NCBI GenBank assembly: GCA_000991405.1
Contig: LBRL01000001.1
Span: forward strand, 456,466-520,465
Direction of reading: 5' to 3'
DNA length: 64,000 nucleotides
From: Candidatus Nomurabacteria bacterium GW2011_GWD2_36_14
Lineage (GTDB): Bacteria; Patescibacteriota; Minisyncoccia; Phycocordibacterales; UBA9973
The translations under genes and the position numbers were made by a program. Positions 59,274-64,000 of this stretch are shown here, in pieces (the stretch's first letter is position 1; each line of letters begins with the position of its first letter). A model generated the notes under the pieces. It made no database searches, had not been told where the DNA came from, and saw only the letters and a list, made by a program, of their open reading frames with translations.

Positions 59274-60245
59274 ATGAAAACTTCATTGAATAAAGAAAAA
59301 AAATATCAAAAAGAAATTCTAAAATTTAAGGGAGAAAAGTGGAATTTTATAAAGGAGCGTATGTTAACAAATAGTAAAATATATAAATCTATTGATGGTT
59401 TAAAGTACTTACATATTGGTAATAATAAGAATATTAAGAAAGAAGCTTTGTGTATAAAAAAAATAAAAAGATTAGGATTCCCTATTCCTGAATTACTTGA
59501 ATATGATAAAACAAAAAAACAGAGCTATTATATTGAAAAATCTGCTGGGGATAAATCTTTTGGAGATAAATTTTATAAAGAATACTTCTCGCAGTCAAAA
59601 ATAAATTCTAATACACTGGAATCCATGTGTGATGTAGTATGTCTTTTTTTGAGGTCACAAATTAGATCTTCTGATTATTTTAACTCAAAATATGACTTGA
59701 GAAAAAATATAATGCTAAAAAATATATTAGTGGAAAATCCTGATTTAAATCATATAAAAGTAGAATTATGTGTTTCAAAAATAGAAAATAGGTTATATTC
59801 ACTACCAACTACTTTTTCCCACGGAGATTTAACACCGCGTAATATATTTGAAAATGGAATTATAGATATTGAATTTAATTCAATTATGCCTGTCGGTTAT
59901 GACGTACTTACCCTACCGATAATGGAACGTTTTTGGGGCTTCAAAAAAAACAAAAATGAAACATATGAAAATTTTTATTTAAGCGAAAAACAAATCTCTC
60001 ATTATTTTAAAAGAATAGAAGCTGAAGCTAAAATAAATGGAATTAAAGATTTTTTAACTTTTAGAAATGACTTCATTTTGCTTAAGGCTATATGGTCACT
60101 TGCCAATGAAAAATATTCCGCAAAAAAATCTGGAGATACATCTAAATTAAATTTTCGTAAAAAAATTTTAATTTATTGTATAGACAAATATTTAAACAAT
60201 GAAATGATTGAAACAAAAAAATTTAAAACATTTATTACTATATAA
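59274..60245 (+). CDS. Aminoglycoside/choline kinase-like phosphotransferase
   Basis: GFPIPELL, Brenner motif HGDLTPRNI, IIDIE, GYD. Confidence 0.8.
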   Translation: MKTSLNKEKKYQKEILKFKGEKWNFIKERMLTNSKIYKSIDGLKYLHIGNNKNIKKEALCIKKIKRLGFPIPELLEYDKTKKQSYYIEKSAGDKSFGDKFYKEYFSQSKINSNTLESMCDVVCLFLRSQIRSSDYFNSKYDLRKNIMLKNILVENPDLNHIKVELCVSKIENRLYSLPTTFSHGDLTPRNIFENGIIDIEFNSIMPVGYDVLTLPIMERFWGFKKNKNETYENFYLSEKQISHYFKRIEAEAKINGIKDFLTFRNDFILLKAIWSLANEKYSAKKSGDTSKLNFRKKILIYCIDKYLNNEMIETKKFKTFITI

Positions 60246-60354
60246 GTATTATTAGCCTAGCTAATATAATTATTTCTTTAATTAAGAGATAGTGCTATCA
60301 TGAAACTATTGTTAATTGGTAAAATATTATTAAGAAAAAATAAATAATCTCCAT

Positions 60355-61971
60355 ATGATTAAAATATCAAAAAAAATAAAAAACCTGTTTTATGACCCAG
60401 AAACAGATTCTATTGCTTCTTTATTGCGAGATATCAAAAAAACACATTTAAAATTACTAAAAAAAACTGATTTAGTAAAAGGAACATTAATAAAAAGCTC
60501 AATAAATGACAAAGACTTGATTGATAATTTTAAAATCCCGGAAAAAAGTCTAGATAGTAAATATATATCATCAACCATTTCTAATTTGTTTGATGGTGTT
60601 TCTAGATGGCATTTTCCTAATACAATGTATAATGCTGCCCCTCCCCCACTACTTCCAACTGTAATTACTAAAATGATCACTTCTTTATATAATCCCAATT
60701 TAGCACTCTATTCAGCATCTGGTAAAAGTCTTTTAACTGAACAAAAAGTAATAAAAGCAATCGCAGAATATGTTGGATGGAACCGAGAAAGTGCAGGGGG
60801 TGTCTTTACATGGGGAGGAAAAGCAACAACTATGTATGGAATTAAGTTTGGAATAAAAAATTGTTCTCCAAATTCTGCCGCACAAGGTATAAAAGAAGAT
60901 ATAATTGTATTGTCTACTAAAGTAGGGCATCCTTCTCATATATCTGATTCTGAGTGGCTAGGGATAGGCTCGTCAAATGTCGTCAGGTTGGGGGTAGATG
61001 AAAATTCTCAAGTTAATCTTAATGAAATGGAGGAAATAATTAGAAAAGCAGTAAAAGAAAAAAAGAAAATTGCCACTATTATTATTTCAGGAGGAACAAC
61101 AAACGATATGGTAGTTGATACCATTGATGATGTAGTTAATTTAAGAGATAAAATTACAAAAGAACTTGAATTAGAATATAAACCTCATATTCACGTAGAT
61201 ACAGTCGTAGCATTTCCCTGGATATTCTTTAAAGACTATGAATTTGAAAAAAATCCTCTAAATATAGAAAAAAGAGCATTAGCCAGAATTTCAAAAATAA
61301 AAACGAACCTAAAAAATCTTCATATGGCTGATTCTTTTGGTGTTGATTTTCATAAAATGGGTTTCTGTCCTTATATATCTAGTGTTTTTATGATAAAAGA
61401 TAAAATGGCTCTATCTAACGTTAAAAATGCTTATAACTGGCCATTCTTATATTCAATGGAAAATTCAAGACCAGCTGATGGCCCAAACTCTGCCTTTATG
61501 GCACTTAGTGTACTGGGGGTAGAGGGTTTCCAAATTTTAATAGGACATCTCACTGAGATTGCAGTACATTTACAAGATGAAATAAATGCAACAGAGGATT
61601 TTGAAGTTATAAATAAAACAGGGCTCGGTACTGCTGTTATGTTTATACCACGCATCCCTAAACACATAACAATTAGTACTCCAGAAGAAGAGGTAATTAT
61701 GCGTAATTCGTATACTATGGCTTTTATAGAAAAGCTGGCAGACTTAGGAAATCCTTTTTATATTGATAAAATACCGAGTGATTCAACTGGGGGAAATTCA
61801 TTCCCTTATACATCTTTAAAAGCATATATAATGTCACCTTATTCGAGCAAAAAATCAAATATTGAATTTGTATCATTTATGATTAAAATAAAAAAAGAAA
61901 TTGATCAAAATTTTAATTTCAAAGATAAATCATTTTATGTAGAAGAAGAACATCCCTTAAAAAACAACTAA
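60355..61971 (+). CDS. Group II PLP-dependent decarboxylase
   Basis: GVFTWGG, HPS, GGTT...VD, HIHVD, ADSFGVDFHK (PLP lysine), ENSR. Confidence 0.88.
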   Translation: MIKISKKIKNLFYDPETDSIASLLRDIKKTHLKLLKKTDLVKGTLIKSSINDKDLIDNFKIPEKSLDSKYISSTISNLFDGVSRWHFPNTMYNAAPPPLLPTVITKMITSLYNPNLALYSASGKSLLTEQKVIKAIAEYVGWNRESAGGVFTWGGKATTMYGIKFGIKNCSPNSAAQGIKEDIIVLSTKVGHPSHISDSEWLGIGSSNVVRLGVDENSQVNLNEMEEIIRKAVKEKKKIATIIISGGTTNDMVVDTIDDVVNLRDKITKELELEYKPHIHVDTVVAFPWIFFKDYEFEKNPLNIEKRALARISKIKTNLKNLHMADSFGVDFHKMGFCPYISSVFMIKDKMALSNVKNAYNWPFLYSMENSRPADGPNSAFMALSVLGVEGFQILIGHLTEIAVHLQDEINATEDFEVINKTGLGTAVMFIPRIPKHITISTPEEEVIMRNSYTMAFIEKLADLGNPFYIDKIPSDSTGGNSFPYTSLKAYIMSPYSSKKSNIEFVSFMIKIKKEIDQNFNFKDKSFYVEEEHPLKNN

Positions 61972-61988
61972 AATATGTAGATATAATA

Positions 61989-62021
61989 AATGGGGCTACA
62001 GACATTGTCCATAGCCCCATT
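61989..62021. terminator. Hairpin between convergent decarboxylase and ligase 2
   Basis: AATGGGGCTA...TAGCCCCATT. Confidence 0.6.
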
Positions 62022-62052
62022 GAGTGATTCAATTAATTAATAAATAGGTAAA

Positions 62053-63165
62053 TTACATATACCCTCTATCTCCTTCGTTGAGTTTTGGGTAAAGACGTTG
62101 CATCCATTCATTAACGACAGCTTTGGGTAAAGAACTTTCTAACGAACGGAAAGTTAGTACAACAACTACATTTTTTTGGTGTGGCTGAATACCAAGGTTA
62201 ATCCTGGCTTTTTCTGGAAGTTGATCATAAGAAGTTTCAGAATATTCTATATTCTCTATAAACACAGAATCTGAGCCTAATTCATCCTTAATTTCTTCAC
62301 AAATATCTTCTTCGGTTTTTTCAACAGAAGCAGAATATGAAAGTACTCTCTTGGTAGCGGGCTGATTAGAAACAACAACAAATTTTTCAAGATTTGTCAT
62401 CTGGCCCTTTATCCTAATATCCTCTGACCTTAAAACACGAATATCATCAATCCCTTTTAGAATCATGACGAGCCGATCCAATCCCATACCAAGAGCAAGC
62501 CCAGAGTATTCTTCAGGATCAAGTCCAGCGTTTTTCAGAATAGTCGGGTGAACTTCTCCACATTCAAGAAGTTCTAGCCAATTACCATTCACAAAAATTT
62601 CAATTTCAAGCCCATTTATCGTATAGGGGTGTTCAACTTCATTCGCCCGATATTCATATCCTGGAATAACATTATCCAAAATAGTCTCAACAAAACGAAT
62701 TAAATCTGACCTATCGAAAAGTGGCAATCCTCGTTTGATTCGCCAAACATCCATTTGATGAGGTTCTCCGCAATGATTTTTATCTACGACATCACGACGA
62801 TAACACATCCCTGGAACTAATAATATTGTGTCAGTAATATTATTAGAAGATTTTTTGAGCCATCTTGGAATAGCACATGAGGTGTGAGTACGTAAAATAG
62901 TATCTTCTGTCACATACCTTGTATACCGAGAAGATCTACCTGCATTGTCCAAAGGGAAAAGAAGATCATCAAAATTTTCTTTCAATGAGACTTCAGGACC
63001 AGAACGAACCTCCTCAATAGTTGTTTCGGGGTAAGTTTTTTCAAAAGCCTGTTTTACATTATCAATAATGATATTGATAGCGTGAACCCCATTATCAGGG
63101 TCAGTAAGATCTAAAATTGCCAAAGACGATGCTAGTCGTTCTGGCGACATAATTTCTTGTTTCAT
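62053..63165 (-). CDS. Monomeric PheRS-alpha-like ligase with FDX-ACB-like domain, copy 2 (SrmL-like)
   Basis: DLTDP..G.HA N-terminus, NFDDL, RYTRY, LRTHTS, CYRRDVVD..H.GEPHQMD.W, HPYT..G, GLALGMGLDRL; strong SD AAGGAGG upstream. Confidence 0.85.
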   Translation of the reverse strand: MKQEIMSPERLASSLAILDLTDPDNGVHAINIIIDNVKQAFEKTYPETTIEEVRSGPEVSLKENFDDLLFPLDNAGRSSRYTRYVTEDTILRTHTSCAIPRWLKKSSNNITDTILLVPGMCYRRDVVDKNHCGEPHQMDVWRIKRGLPLFDRSDLIRFVETILDNVIPGYEYRANEVEHPYTINGLEIEIFVNGNWLELLECGEVHPTILKNAGLDPEEYSGLALGMGLDRLVMILKGIDDIRVLRSEDIRIKGQMTNLEKFVVVSNQPATKRVLSYSASVEKTEEDICEEIKDELGSDSVFIENIEYSETSYDQLPEKARINLGIQPHQKNVVVVLTFRSLESSLPKAVVNEWMQRLYPKLNEGDRGYM

Positions 63166-63542
63166 GATTATCCTCCTTTTACATTAGTGTTATGTTATTG
63201 TTTTTTCTTACTAAATTCAATAAAACCTATTACGTAATACCTATTATTTATTAATATTTAAAGAACAATTATCTATATGAGTTCTATAGAACTTAAAAAA
63301 ATAATACATCAAAACATGTTGTATGTCAAAACAGCCGTATAGGCTCAATGACTTGAACGCAACCTAAAAAATCTACTTCGGGAAAGCAAATTCTCAAATC
63401 TTTTGTAGAATATAAAATGTATTGGAGGGGAGAAAAAAGTAAATAAAACGAATTCGCTCTGAAAAACAAAACACCATTCCAACCGAAGTTAGAATGGCAT
63501 TATATCGCATGCATTATAAATGCAATGTGTATTAGAGAAAGA

Positions 63543-64000
63543 TTACTTCTTGTATCCATGATTACCATAGATTTGCGTAACCTTCTGGTTCAACTCATTA
63601 ATATATGAAATATTTAATTTTTCATTACTTATTTTTTCAAGCTTACATTGCCTGCCTCCATAAGTGAGTATAGCGGGAGATTTACTCCTATCAAGACTCC
63701 AATTCCTGTTATAGAGATTACCATTTTTTAATGCAGTACTTGTTCCATCAGAAGAAAAGTTTAAAATTTCTTCATTGGTTGAATCCCAGCGATTTAAATC
63801 TATATAAACAGAATCAAGGTCCCATATAACATTCAATATAGGCCATAAAAGAGAGTCTTTTTCAGTAGATACACTTACCACCTGGTCGGTGACACTAGCC
63901 ACGGAAAAAGAATTAGAGGATGGAGTTAAGATAACTCCATTAGCTAGGATATTACTTAATACATACCCATCTTTCAGGATATAAGTAAAAGTAACCTTTT
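63543..64000 (-). CDS. C-terminal part of a probable secreted protein (starts beyond window)
   Basis: Frame stays open upstream of the track's GTG to the window edge (KVTFTYILKDGYVLSNILANG..., B-repeat-like). Confidence 0.55.
   Translation of the reverse strand, partial: KVTFTYILKDGYVLSNILANGVILTPSSNSFSVASVTDQVVSVSTEKDSLLWPILNVIWDLDSVYIDLNRWDSTNEEILNFSSDGTSTALKNGNLYNRNWSLDRSKSPAILTYGGRQCKLEKISNEKLNISYINELNQKVTQIYGNHGYKK

Noticed and set aside
51980-63540. Dedicated tRNA or T-box for a pyrrolysine-like recoding cassette near the ligases
   Set aside because: No cloverleaf, TTCGA T-arm or T-box motif was seen in the intergenic spaces, and no in-frame stop read-through is evident in conserved genes; recoding is not supported here

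Overview
Low-GC bacterial chromosome segment using genetic code 11 (TGA is a stop). By inference it comes from Patescibacteria/CPR (Parcubacteria-like): there is no rpmD, almost no Shine-Dalgarno sites, and several CPR-typical Cys-rich and surface proteins. Left to right: partial eno, an MFS transporter, a divergent tRNA-Ser(GCT)/tRNA-Ser(ACT) pair, mscL, a His kinase/response regulator pair, recG, tRNA-Ile(TAT), ftsH, and smpB-tmRNA followed by a structured repeat tract and an AbiV-like gene. Next come a CsoR-controlled copper island (12.8-21.3 kb), a candidate rod-shaped (6S-like) ncRNA, a RAYT transposase with palindromic REPs, a VirD4/HerA-like ATPase, map, pyrH and adk. The tuf-S10-spc ribosomal protein cluster lacks rpmC and rpmD and is twice interrupted by small inserted genes. 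The AT-rich accessory region (49-64 kb) holds the most striking feature: a compact biosynthetic-looking cluster (GTP cyclohydrolase II-like, Gfo/Idh/MocA oxidoreductase, APH-type kinase, PLP decarboxylase, plus an IlvE-like aminotransferase) bracketed by two monomeric PheRS-like ligases with altered amino-acid pockets.
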